Below are positions 47,448-56,440 of a stretch of 64,000 nucleotides of DNA, one piece after another. Source of the DNA: a virus (lineage: Duplodnaviria > Caudoviricetes); IMG/VR virus record IMGVR_UViG_2630968905_000003, positions 1-64,000 of that record. One strand, written 5' to 3'. The notes below the pieces were generated by a model that was given only the letters and a program-made list of their open reading frames with translations, did not search any database and was not told the origin of the DNA. The translations under genes were made by a program, and so were the position numbers. Positions within the stretch are counted from its first letter, which is position 1; each line of letters opens with the position of its first letter.

Positions 47448-47866
47448 ACATTAAGATCGAGAGCGTCTCCGATGATACACCTCTTCGGCTTGAACATGCT
47501 GTTCGCCTGGCATTTCCCGATGGCAGCATGAAAGCTGCTGGGCTTCGGAAGGAACGCGATGCTGGACGATTGCAAACAGAACTGATCGCAGGCAAAGAGT
47601 ATGTAACGCTAGCTGCTATCAGGGAGATGCGGGAATTATGTCGCGGACGTCGAAAGGAGCGCGCCTCGTCTGGCGCGACGAGAGCCGCAAAAGCGATGGC
47701 TCTCTCAGAAACCGCGCCGGGTGGTTCATCCGCGATGGGCAAAAATTCATCAGCGTTGGCAGCGGCGAGACAAGCCGTGAGCGCGCTGAAATCGCGCTCG
47801 CAGCCTACATCAACGAAAAATACCAGCCCGCGCGGGAAAGGGGACGTGACCCCGATCAAATCCTGA
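47444..47866 (+). CDS. Excisionase-like protein (prophage 1)
   Basis: wHTH-like N-terminus homologous to 49992-50387; immediately upstream of and overlapping int. Confidence 0.7.
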   Translation: MNIKIESVSDDTPLRLEHAVRLAFPDGSMKAAGLRKERDAGRLQTELIAGKEYVTLAAIREMRELCRGRRKERASSGATRAAKAMALSETAPGGSSAMGKNSSALAAARQAVSALKSRSQPTSTKNTSPRGKGDVTPIKS

Positions 47867-48921
47867 TTGCAGATGTCGTCAATGTTTATTTGACGGATGT
47901 TGCAACCAAGCACGCGCGGCCTGGCGAGACTGCGGCGCGGATTGAAACCATCTTGGATTTCTTTGGCGATAAGATGCTGGGCGAGGTCAACGGAAAATTG
48001 TGCCGTGACTTTATCGCTCAGTCCTCGACCGAAGCGTCCGCACGGCGACAGCTCGAAGATTTGCGCTCGGCTATCAATTACTACCACAAGGAGGGCTACG
48101 CGACCTCCGCTCCGAAAATCACACTTCCTGATAAAGCCCAACGACGAGAACGATGGCTTACCCGTTCCGAAGCAGCGAAACTAATCTGGGCTGCATGGCG
48201 GATGTCGCAACGCGCGCCCTCGGGCGACGGCAGTCTTCGCCGTACCGGCAGGCACCTTGCCCGGTTCATGCTGGTTGCGCTTTATACCGGCACCCGCTCG
48301 GCGGCGATTTGTGGGGCCGCAATCCGACCGACAGAAGGCCAAGGTTATGTCGATCTGGAGCGCGGTGTGTTTTATCGCCGTGCAGAAGGCGCGAAGGAAA
48401 CCAAAAAACGGCAACCGCCAGTGCGGCTACCTGATCGGCTCTTGGCGCATTTGAGACGTTGGGCCACCACGGAACTGGAAATTCATACGAAGGGCCGCGC
48501 CAAGAGCAAAAATATCGGGCGGAAAATCTCTCAGGACTTTGTCGTTGAATGGAACGGAAAACCGGTCAATTCAATCAAAAAAGGCTTTCGCAGTGCTCGC
48601 AAGATTGCGGGGCTCGGGGAGGATGTTACCCCGCACATCTTCCGCCACACAGCTGCGACATGGCTAATGATGGCCGGAACGGATGTATGGCAGTCCGCAG
48701 GCTTTTTGGGGATGACAGTCGAAACGTTGGTGCAAACCTACGGGCATCATCATCCCGATTTCCAGATTGATGCAGCGGAAAAGATAACTGCGAAGCATGG
48801 TGCTGCGCGCCGACCAAAAAACGTTGTGAGCATCAACGATGCACAGACAGGGAACAAGGCGGATTCTCCCCACAGTTTCCCCACAGATAAAACGGAAATA
48901 AGGGTGAACAAGCGCGGTTAA
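47638..48921 (+). CDS. int: Tyrosine integrase (prophage 1)
   Basis: LYTGTR, PHIFRHTAATWL and TYGHH catalytic motifs. Confidence 0.95.
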   Translation: MSRTSKGARLVWRDESRKSDGSLRNRAGWFIRDGQKFISVGSGETSRERAEIALAAYINEKYQPARERGRDPDQILIADVVNVYLTDVATKHARPGETAARIETILDFFGDKMLGEVNGKLCRDFIAQSSTEASARRQLEDLRSAINYYHKEGYATSAPKITLPDKAQRRERWLTRSEAAKLIWAAWRMSQRAPSGDGSLRRTGRHLARFMLVALYTGTRSAAICGAAIRPTEGQGYVDLERGVFYRRAEGAKETKKRQPPVRLPDRLLAHLRRWATTELEIHTKGRAKSKNIGRKISQDFVVEWNGKPVNSIKKGFRSARKIAGLGEDVTPHIFRHTAATWLMMAGTDVWQSAGFLGMTVETLVQTYGHHHPDFQIDAAEKITAKHGAARRPKNVVSINDAQTGNKADSPHSFPTDKTEIRVNKRG

Positions 48922-49109
48922 GCGTGATAGAGAAGCCCAGAAAACCGGACCTTTCAAAGAAAGCCCCCGCGTTCGGGACGAGGGGGTCGGAGGTTCAAAT
49001 CCTCTCACTCCGACCATCTTTCAAGTCATTGATAGACTTGGACAATTCCCGATTTACTGATTTTCTTTAATACTTTACTAATTCGCGCCACGGACCGATT
49101 ACGGACCGA
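48867..49109. promoter_or_regulatory. Integrase arm-type repeats and IHF site around att
   Basis: TCCCCACAG x2 (48867, 48878), ACGGACCGA x2 (49090, 49101), WATCAAnnnnTTR on minus strand at 49022-49034. Confidence 0.6.
48970..49016 (+). tRNA. 3' fragment of tRNA-Pro(CGG) = att core between the prophages (not a complete tRNA)
   Basis: CGTTCGGGACG anticodon arm, GGTTCAAATCC T-arm, ACTCCGACCA end; no D-arm or 5' acceptor strand upstream. Confidence 0.9.
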
Positions 49110-49125
49110 AAGGCTCATTTATTGG

Positions 49126-50187
49126 TCAGAACGCATTGGCCGCGTCCTTTTGGAATAGCGGCGATACATGCGAATAAGTCCTTTCGAACTCTTCCACTGT
49201 CATACCCAAAGATGCTGCTGCCTGGTGGGCATCTACGCCAGCCTGTGCAAGCCAAGTCGCCCTTGTGTGGCGCAAGACATGCGGTGTGACATCTTCCCCT
49301 AAACCAGCCTCAGCCCGCACCGAGCGGAATGCCTTATGTGGCTTGGTTATCTTCTCCCCGTTGAAATGCACGATATGGCGCAAGCTGACAGTCTTTGCCT
49401 GCTCGGCGCTCCATGCTTCGTCCTGTGCCTTCCAGTAACGAAGGAACCGCAGCAAGCGAGGTGGTATCTTTGCCGGTGGCTTGCGCTTGTTATGGGCTAC
49501 TCGCTCACCCATGGCCTTGCGGTAGATCACCCCTTTATCCAGATCAACATATCCGCCTGTGGTATTCGGCATCCATTGCAGCCCCAGAATGGGCGACAGG
49601 CGCGTTCCGGTATATGTGCCGATAAGAACAAGCCGGATTATGTGGTCGCACTTCTGAAGCTTCCTAGCGGCTTTTATGAGCGCCGCCACTTCTTTCCGGG
49701 TTAGCCATCGTTCCCTCGGCAAGCTCTTGTCTGGCAATGTTACCGCCGGTACGACATCCAACCCGTATTCCTTGTGATAATGGTTTATTGCGGCGCGCAG
49801 GACTTCCAAATCCCGCCTAGCGCCGCTCTCTGTTTTCCGATGGTTGGCAAACTCCCTGCATCTCTTGCCGCGTATTTCATTGATTGCATCTGCACCGAAG
49901 AAGTCATTCAGCCTGTTGACGGCGGCTTCTGTTTCCCTTGGCCTTGAAGTGCGGCTGGCCTTCTCATCGAGATAGACCAGCAAAACATCACCTATCGTGA
50001 TTGCAGCCGAAGAACCTCCCCTGACTGGCTCATATTTGGACGTGACGTATTCGCGGAGAACTTGTTCTGCCCGTTCAGTCTCATCCTTAGCGCATCCTGT
50101 GCTGATACGCTTTTCTCCGTCTTTAATGAACCAAGTCCCGGTGTCTGATCGGAACCAGAGCCTTGCGGGGCTTCTCTTACGCGACAT
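49126..50187 (-). CDS. int: Tyrosine integrase (prophage 2)
   Basis: TYTGTR, PHVLRHTRATWL and TYSH motifs. Confidence 0.95.
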   Translation of the reverse strand: MSRKRSPARLWFRSDTGTWFIKDGEKRISTGCAKDETERAEQVLREYVTSKYEPVRGGSSAAITIGDVLLVYLDEKASRTSRPRETEAAVNRLNDFFGADAINEIRGKRCREFANHRKTESGARRDLEVLRAAINHYHKEYGLDVVPAVTLPDKSLPRERWLTRKEVAALIKAARKLQKCDHIIRLVLIGTYTGTRLSPILGLQWMPNTTGGYVDLDKGVIYRKAMGERVAHNKRKPPAKIPPRLLRFLRYWKAQDEAWSAEQAKTVSLRHIVHFNGEKITKPHKAFRSVRAEAGLGEDVTPHVLRHTRATWLAQAGVDAHQAAASLGMTVEEFERTYSHVSPLFQKDAANAF

Positions 50188-50387
50188 CTTTCAATCATCC
50201 TTTTTATGCCGTTGCGCGTCACGAAATCCTTGTTTGCGATGCGGATGATTTCTAGGTTTCCCTTCGCCGCTTCTGTCCGCAGAGACGATTTCGTCAGCCG
50301 CCCAGAAAAGAATATCTCAACCGCATCTGCAAGCGAGATCAGTTCGTCTTCGTCTAGGTCGGCAATGCGCTTCTGTGCTGCACTCAT
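49992..50387 (-). CDS. Excisionase-like protein (prophage 2)
   Basis: Homologous to 47444-47866; GAGG SD; overlaps int. Confidence 0.7.
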   Translation of the reverse strand: MSAAQKRIADLDEDELISLADAVEIFFSGRLTKSSLRTEAAKGNLEIIRIANKDFVTRNGIKRMIERCRVREAPQGSGSDQTPGLGSLKTEKSVSAQDALRMRLNGQNKFSANTSRPNMSQSGEVLRLQSR

Positions 50388-50463
50388 CGTATTTACCTCT
50401 CAAAGCCTCCGGTGCCCGCCCTTGGTTGACGTTGAAAAGTAGAACTCCCTGATGCTAACATCC

Positions 50464-50676
50464 TCACTCCCTTTCCCGCAGTGCGGCGCGGCCTGCTTTG
50501 CGGTCGAGATGATCAAGCCGTTGACGCATTTCATCTGTGAAGCGGCATACAGTCGTTAACCGGGCAGGATCGTTTATAGCTTCTCCGATCTCTAAGATTG
50601 ACGATGCCCAATCCGCCGCGTTCTTAGCGATGAATGCACACTGTTGCGCAAATTCTGCTTCCGTCAGCTTACCCAT
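50464..50676 (-). CDS. Hypothetical protein
   Basis: Coupled ORF in leftward operon. Confidence 0.65.
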   Translation of the reverse strand: MGKLTEAEFAQQCAFIAKNAADWASSILEIGEAINDPARLTTVCRFTDEMRQRLDHLDRKAGRAALRERE

Positions 50677-50929
50677 GGTCACCGCCTTTCAGGGCTTGGT
50701 ATCCCTCCGGCGTCAGCACATAGGCTGACCCGTAAGGCTCGCCTTCGTCGGTGAAGCAGCCGCGCATGAATTCGAGGTAGCCCATACTGGCGATTTCTCG
50801 GACGATGCGGCGAATTTCTTCGCGTGGCCTGCCGGTCCTTGCCATCAGGGCGGTGAAGTTAAACCCATCGTACGGGTCGCTGCCCTTCCATTCCGAGAAC
50901 AGTTTTTCTTGTTCGGCTGTCAGCTTCAT
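50669..50929 (-). CDS. Small winged-helix-like protein
   Basis: RTG..REEIRRIVR.....GY; Y.LTPEG. Confidence 0.6.
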   Translation of the reverse strand: MKLTAEQEKLFSEWKGSDPYDGFNFTALMARTGRPREEIRRIVREIASMGYLEFMRGCFTDEGEPYGSAYVLTPEGYQALKGGDHG

Positions 50930-51249
50930 TCGCTCTGCTCCCCAAGTGCGGAGGCGGCGAGCATTCTGCCCCATACCAAGTCGGCATCAAGGCGTCCGAG
51001 ATATGGGCCATCGACACACATGCCTTCTGCTGCCCCAAGCATCGATTGATCTGGCTCCTGTAGAGCGGCGAGGATGGTGGAGATGGCGGCTTGGGCACTG
51101 GCCAAGCACAGATTGCGTTCCGCGCCATTGATCTGTTGCCAGCGAATATCGCGAAGCTGATCCAGCGTGAATAGCGATCCTTCCGGCACAGGGTGGAAAG
51201 GACCGTTGATGGCCTTTGCTACCTTCTCGATGAGTTCCTTACTCGGCAT
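50926..51249 (-). CDS. Hypothetical phage protein
   Basis: IEKVAKAI...A.AAI..LQEP...ML motif. Confidence 0.7.
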   Translation of the reverse strand: MPSKELIEKVAKAINGPFHPVPEGSLFTLDQLRDIRWQQINGAERNLCLASAQAAISTILAALQEPDQSMLGAAEGMCVDGPYLGRLDADLVWGRMLAASALGEQSE

Positions 51250-51478
51250 GGTTGGCCTCCCGGTCGGTGACGTATCGGTCTATGGAGGGGTGGTTTTGCT
51301 CGCGCCACATCTGTGCTTGCTTTTCGTGCCAGTCTGCAACTTCACAGCAAGCATCTTCCAAGGAAAGGCCATGCTCAGGGTTTGTGCCGTAGCAGCCGCC
51401 GTCCTCATCCCATTCTCGGCAGAAATGCGGCTCGATATAAACACTGTCGCCACGGTAAATCACATCAAAGCGGGTCAT
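51239..51478 (-). CDS. Hypothetical protein
   Basis: Coupled ORF. Confidence 0.6.
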   Translation of the reverse strand: MTRFDVIYRGDSVYIEPHFCREWDEDGGCYGTNPEHGLSLEDACCEVADWHEKQAQMWREQNHPSIDRYVTDREANHAE

Positions 51479-51816
51479 TTGCTGGCCTCCTTTGCGCGCA
51501 AGAGGGCGATGCAGAGGGCAATGGCGGCGTGATCGTGTGTCTGAACAATTGTCGGGGCTACTTCATGTAGGCGAGTGGCCTGACTGATAACGACGATTGC
51601 ACGGCCTTCTTCCCAAACAATTTTACGAGCCTGACCCGGCAACACCCTCTCAGCCAGCGCGATAACGGCGTCTACTGAGGCGGTGTAAGAGGGAGCGTTG
51701 AAGTCGAAGAATGATTTCGCTTCGTCAGGTAAAAAGTGTTTACCGATGAGCGCGTCCGCTTCCCTGTCAGGCGCGTCTAGCTTGGAGAGGCGGGTAATAA
51801 TCTCTGAAATCATCAT
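51475..51816 (-). CDS. Hypothetical phage protein
   Basis: PSYTASVDA..LAERVLPG and AIALC.A.LRA motifs. Confidence 0.75.
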   Translation of the reverse strand: MMISEIITRLSKLDAPDREADALIGKHFLPDEAKSFFDFNAPSYTASVDAVIALAERVLPGQARKIVWEEGRAIVVISQATRLHEVAPTIVQTHDHAAIALCIALLRAKEASK

Positions 51817-52367
51817 GCTGCCCTGCCATGGTTTGGGTGAATGCCATATTTTATTTCAGCCTGATCTCGCGATGCTATTGCATCATCCTTTGAGCGGTAG
51901 GAGCCAAGATGGATTACCTTCCCACGAATGGTTATTTTGGCTACCCAACGCTTGCTTTTCTTGTGCCAAGAGACGCCCATCTTTCCGCTTGTGTTATGGC
52001 GTCCAATTTGTCTGTTGAGCATGTTATCGCACTGATCAACATTGCGTAGGTTCACCCAGCGATTGTCGTCTGGAACGCCATTGATGTGATCAACTTGTTC
52101 TGGCCATAAACCAGTCATGTAGAGCCAGATCACCCGATGAAGGCGGTATTCGTGGCCAAGAAATCTCGCCCTTAAGTATCCGTGTGAGACACAATTGAGT
52201 TCTTTCCCAGCGCATTTCTTGTTCCACCGTACCCATTTTCCGTGTGCGCCAATCCCACCCTCTGGGAACCATTTGATATCTCGATGCTTCCAGAAGCATT
52301 TACCCGTGTGCGGATCATATGTGATGAGTTCGTGCACTATTTCCTGTGTGAGTTCCTGTGTCAGCAT
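51813..52367 (-). CDS. HNH endonuclease with AP2 domain
   Basis: YDP.TG, HRVIW, VDHING...DNR..NLR, NTSG..GVSW motifs. Confidence 0.92.
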   Translation of the reverse strand: MLTQELTQEIVHELITYDPHTGKCFWKHRDIKWFPEGGIGAHGKWVRWNKKCAGKELNCVSHGYLRARFLGHEYRLHRVIWLYMTGLWPEQVDHINGVPDDNRWVNLRNVDQCDNMLNRQIGRHNTSGKMGVSWHKKSKRWVAKITIRGKVIHLGSYRSKDDAIASRDQAEIKYGIHPNHGRAA

Positions 52368-52972
52368 GACGGCTTCACTCCCAGCACGGCGCGGGCTTTC
52401 GTGTAACCGTTGTGTGCGGTTCCATGAATAATCTTATCCGCCATGTTTTCCTTCTGTGTGGCCCACCTTAAGTGCTTAGGATTGACGCAACCGAGATGGC
52501 CTTTCCCACAAGAATGGGCAGCTACCAGATCATCAGAAGGAGGGGCGCCATGTGCTAACTCGCAAACAAACCTTGACACTGTCAGTTGGCCATTCAGCTT
52601 TAGCGCACCATATCCGGCCAAAGTGCGAGCGAAGGGCCATGTCAAACATTCATCACCAGTGAATGGAACGGCCACCTCGTGAATGAATTTCAGCGGATCA
52701 CCAACCATCGTTCGCCCACCAAGAGGATCGCCTGATCGTCTCAACCGCTGATAATGCTTCCCGCAATAACCGTGGCCGTAGGCATAACCTTTACAGCCAT
52801 CAACCTTACATGGGTCTTTTCGATTGGACCGATAGCCGCGGTCGGCAATGCTGGCACATTGTTTGCAGTTAGCCCGCAAGCCAAACTTCAACCGAGCGTC
52901 TTTGCCAAATTGGGCATGCGGCTTGGAAATACCGCACATGCTGCATTTCTTGATTTGCAAGGCTTCAGACAT
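52361..52972 (-). CDS. HNH endonuclease with Zn fingers
   Basis: CSMC, CKQC, C.V.GC...CGKHY, HSCG...CVNP.HLRWAT..EN motifs. Confidence 0.9.
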   Translation of the reverse strand: MSEALQIKKCSMCGISKPHAQFGKDARLKFGLRANCKQCASIADRGYRSNRKDPCKVDGCKGYAYGHGYCGKHYQRLRRSGDPLGGRTMVGDPLKFIHEVAVPFTGDECLTWPFARTLAGYGALKLNGQLTVSRFVCELAHGAPPSDDLVAAHSCGKGHLGCVNPKHLRWATQKENMADKIIHGTAHNGYTKARAVLGVKPSC

Positions 52973-53486
52973 TTTTGGCCTCCAGAAGTTGCGTTAACTC
53001 CTTAATCCGCGCTGCCTGCGCCGCGTTGTCGGCTTTCAGGTCGTCACGCTCTTTGCGCATAGGATGAGCGGTCGTGCCGTCAGAATGTGTGATAACACCG
53101 GCATCCATAGCTTTCTTGTGCCAACGTTCCGTTTCCGCCCGTTCCGCCGCCAATAGCTCCACAGCCTGCGAGCGTGTGACGAGTTCGCGTGTTTCAGAAT
53201 GGTCTTTCAGATATTCCGGCGCTGGTCCGTTGCCCCACGGTCTATCCGGCCTGTCAGTAAGGCGGAATTGACGCATGACCGTCACCAATCCCGTATCTGT
53301 AGCGGCAGGCGCGGGGCGGGTGTTCCAGTCGCGAATAGCGGCCTCTTCTGTGTAGCCTTCCGGGATTGTAGCGCCGCAATCCTCACAGCAAGCGTCCCAT
53401 TCGCCATCGTTCGGATGACGGTCCTTGACTTGCTTTATATAAGATTTTCCTCTGCAAAACGGACAAAGCTCTAGTTCACTCGCCAT
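52965..53486 (-). CDS. Lar-family restriction alleviation-like protein
   Basis: CPFC, C..CGA, EAAI..WNTR motifs. Confidence 0.75.
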   Translation of the reverse strand: MASELELCPFCRGKSYIKQVKDRHPNDGEWDACCEDCGATIPEGYTEEAAIRDWNTRPAPAATDTGLVTVMRQFRLTDRPDRPWGNGPAPEYLKDHSETRELVTRSQAVELLAAERAETERWHKKAMDAGVITHSDGTTAHPMRKERDDLKADNAAQAARIKELTQLLEAKNV

Positions 53487-53585
53487 GACGGTCGCCTCCT
53501 GATGGGGGAAGGTCTGCGAAGTGAGTGGCAACAATTCCCGCTAGGAAGCCGCTGATCCACACCATGATAAGCCCAAATATGATCA

Positions 53586-54926
53586 TCATTCCGCGCCCTC
53601 CGAAGCTGGTGCAGAGGGGAGACCGGGCATCTGTTGCCAGTAGGTGAGACGAAGCACGTTATCAGCAGCGGTTAGGTCTTCTGCATCGATTACAACGCCG
53701 TCTGCCGTGTAAACTTCACCGAATTCGTCTGTGAAGCCTGCGCCATCTTCATGCACATAGCAGACGAACGGACCGTCAAAAGCCTTCACTGTCACGACTG
53801 CTGCCGGATCATTCCAAGCAATTCGCTCGATTTCGCCTGTTGCCACAGCAAGGAAGCGACCTTTCTTCGGAAGGCTTGGATGCGTCATCGGCAGCCACCC
53901 ACCCCCCTCAACCTTACCGGCGTCGGCATGGTCCGGGGAGGATAGGACGGCGACGAGCCAATCCGGACGCTTGAATGGTACATCGGCGTCGTACTCGCTC
54001 TCATACAGGGCGACCATCTTGCGCAACGCTTCTTCCAGCACATCCGCTCTGCCAGTGGATGGGGCCGATACCGGAACAACGGTTTCGATCAGTTTGGAAA
54101 TGCGGTCGCCTATGGCCTGCAAGCGATTGGCTGTATAGCCGCCATCGTGATACTCGTCTTCCTCATGCATCTGGTGGCCGTATTCGCCAAGCCAATCAGC
54201 ATCTTTTATGAGGCTTTCGATTAGTGGTTCGGAATTTCCGAATAACTGGTTCACACGGGCAGTTTCGCCATTCAGCGCCGTATCAAGTTCAGCAATCAGA
54301 TTTTCTGCGCTGTTTGGTTGCGACAGTGCGAGATATGCGGAAGCGCTTTGAATAGCGTCTGCCATCATTCGGAAACGCTGACTACCAACGATTAGCAACC
54401 CGTTGCGGTTCAGGTGAGAGATGATGCGATCTATCTCTTCGACATCGCAATCGCTTGTCTGATACCAAACTTGAGCTATGGCTTCTGCCAAGACCATTTT
54501 CACGGTCTTGTCCGTTATGGGATTTCCCATATCGGGAGCGGATGGCTCAAGCGCAGACAGAATACGAGCCTCATAGTCGGCCTGTGCGGCGGCTTTGGCG
54601 GCTTCGAGTGAAGTGTGTACCGACAACAGTGCAGTTATCTGATCGTTGTCAAACATTAGGTTGTGGGCATCAACAGTGTGATTGCTGATGAAGTACGACC
54701 CGACTACGGTTTGTGCTTTGTCCTGCTCACTAACACTAGACTTTCCCCATTCGAGAGCCTTCACCTTCACACCTTGCACGGAGAGGAAGGGGAGAGCGGC
54801 GGTGAGCATCTTGCCCACCAAATCGTAATACATATCCGGCGTGCCGCTATCGCCCCACTGTGCGTTATCGTGGGCGCAAATAACTTCACTGGCCGCCTTC
54901 ACGGCTTCTTCCGGTAGGGTGGTCAT
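53586..54926 (-). CDS. Mosaic Ead/Ea22-like protein with DUF551-like C-terminal domain
   Basis: VKALEW, EAAKAAAQADYEARILSAL; C-terminal WLPM...P...YWQQMP. Confidence 0.7.
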   Translation of the reverse strand: MTTLPEEAVKAASEVICAHDNAQWGDSGTPDMYYDLVGKMLTAALPFLSVQGVKVKALEWGKSSVSEQDKAQTVVGSYFISNHTVDAHNLMFDNDQITALLSVHTSLEAAKAAAQADYEARILSALEPSAPDMGNPITDKTVKMVLAEAIAQVWYQTSDCDVEEIDRIISHLNRNGLLIVGSQRFRMMADAIQSASAYLALSQPNSAENLIAELDTALNGETARVNQLFGNSEPLIESLIKDADWLGEYGHQMHEEDEYHDGGYTANRLQAIGDRISKLIETVVPVSAPSTGRADVLEEALRKMVALYESEYDADVPFKRPDWLVAVLSSPDHADAGKVEGGGWLPMTHPSLPKKGRFLAVATGEIERIAWNDPAAVVTVKAFDGPFVCYVHEDGAGFTDEFGEVYTADGVVIDAEDLTAADNVLRLTYWQQMPGLPSAPASEGAE

Positions 54927-55351
54927 GGCTGGTTCCTCGCGATACCCGCTTGCATCAGTCGGGTCCGTGGCAATGTGGGAAGAGCGGATTTGTCGATACG
55001 TGGCGACTTGTCGGACTTGGCAAAGCCTTGACCTTTGATCGTGCCTTTCGGGCGAACGATACCTTTGGCCTTGTCGCTCATCCGCTTGGTTTTGGCTGCT
55101 CTCGGCGTATCAACCGTGCGGGTTTTGTAGCTGTGGCAAGGAATGCAAACAGCAAAACAATTCTCCAGTGTCGGTTCACCGCCGATGCTGTCGGCAATGA
55201 TGTGATCGTACTGGACGCCGACGGAAAGAGGCGCATTGCAACGCTGACCCGGTTTGAAGCCGTACATTTCTCCAATGGCCTCACACTTGCCGAGTGACCG
55301 GCGCAGAGCGGCGCGTTTGATTTCCTTGGTGAACTCTCGCCTTGCCATCAT
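54923..55351 (-). CDS. HNH endonuclease
   Basis: YDHII....GG..TLENC..VC.PCH..KT. Confidence 0.88.
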   Translation of the reverse strand: MMARREFTKEIKRAALRRSLGKCEAIGEMYGFKPGQRCNAPLSVGVQYDHIIADSIGGEPTLENCFAVCIPCHSYKTRTVDTPRAAKTKRMSDKAKGIVRPKGTIKGQGFAKSDKSPRIDKSALPTLPRTRLMQAGIARNQP

Positions 55352-56439
55352 TCCACCTCATCAACTTCAGCAGGATCGATACCAACAATCCCGCACGTGT
55401 AGGTAATGGCAGCATCAAGATCAGCTTCGTTCCGGCATACCGATGTGAAAGATCGTGCAATCGTACCGGCCTTGTCCTTGGCAAGCTGTGAGGTGAAGGT
55501 ATCAGCATGTCCCTTGGCGGTATTGATGATCACCGTTGGGTCCAAACCGACGCCAGCAATGCACTGCTTGATGAAGTTCTTCAGTGCTGCACGGTCATCA
55601 TCGGTAAGGCTGGGTGCCTTTTCTTCTGTAACATCATCAGACGCACCCTGTTCGCCCGTATCCGGCTCGCTGGATGGCGTTTCGGGTTCCTCCGGCGCAA
55701 TCTCCGCTTCTTCGATTGTCGCGCTCTGTGGCTCGTCTCCGAATGGATCGGAAACAGTCTGGACCGGCGTGATGTCATTGGCTCTGCGAAAGCGCGAAGC
55801 CTCCGTCATGTCCACCATTTCGTCGTCTGTGTAGACGCCAAGCATCAGGGCTGGTTCGTATATGCGGCACCAATCTCTTGTCCCGCGATAGACGAGCATT
55901 CGGTTGAAGTTCTTGGCTGTCCAAGGTGTACCCGTTCCAGTGGTTTTCCATTCGGCCACAGAACCATCGAGTAACCGCATATCCTGACGACGATAGCCGG
56001 GGCGAAGTTCGGGAATAATCTTCTCTGTCAACGGCTTGTCACTGAGATAGACGCGCATGGCATCGCCTTCCCCGTCGAAATGGTGATGCAGGCTCATTCC
56101 CATCTTGGCTTGCAAGACTGCGGACACCAGCTTGCCTTCGTAGCAAAGCTTGCCATGGACAACGGAAACGCACTGTGCAACTGCGAACGGGTCCAGACCC
56201 CATCTAACAGCCTGGTTCACTACCAAAAAGCAGTTGGACAGGATTTGCTCGTAAGGCAGCATTTCCTTTTCGTCCTTCTTGCCCGTCATGTAGAGGCTTT
56301 CTGGCATCAGAGTGGAACGCGCCATAACGGTAGCAACCCGCTGCATGTGTTCAAATCTGCCAGTATCCAGAAGCGGCACCGCGTCAAGCACGTCGATACG
56401 ATCTCGCTTGGCGACCTGTTGTGTTGAAATATCGTTCAT
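55348..56439 (-). CDS. RecT-like single-strand annealing protein
   Basis: QAVRWGLDPFAVAQ, GKLCYEG, LGVYT.DE; downstream of exonuclease. Confidence 0.75.
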   Translation of the reverse strand: MNDISTQQVAKRDRIDVLDAVPLLDTGRFEHMQRVATVMARSTLMPESLYMTGKKDEKEMLPYEQILSNCFLVVNQAVRWGLDPFAVAQCVSVVHGKLCYEGKLVSAVLQAKMGMSLHHHFDGEGDAMRVYLSDKPLTEKIIPELRPGYRRQDMRLLDGSVAEWKTTGTGTPWTAKNFNRMLVYRGTRDWCRIYEPALMLGVYTDDEMVDMTEASRFRRANDITPVQTVSDPFGDEPQSATIEEAEIAPEEPETPSSEPDTGEQGASDDVTEEKAPSLTDDDRAALKNFIKQCIAGVGLDPTVIINTAKGHADTFTSQLAKDKAGTIARSFTSVCRNEADLDAAITYTCGIVGIDPAEVDEVE

Positions 56440-56440
56440 T

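Larger units (their letters stand above)
1..49016. mobile_element. Prophage 1 (temperate myovirus-like: lambda-type head, P2-type contractile tail); left end outside window
   Basis: Ordered lysis, tail, head, packaging, replication, immunity, early and integrase modules ending at a tRNA-Pro 3' fragment. Confidence 0.95.

Noticed and set aside
48940-49016. Complete tRNA-Pro gene
   Set aside because: The 5' acceptor strand and D-arm are absent; only the att-derived 3' half is present
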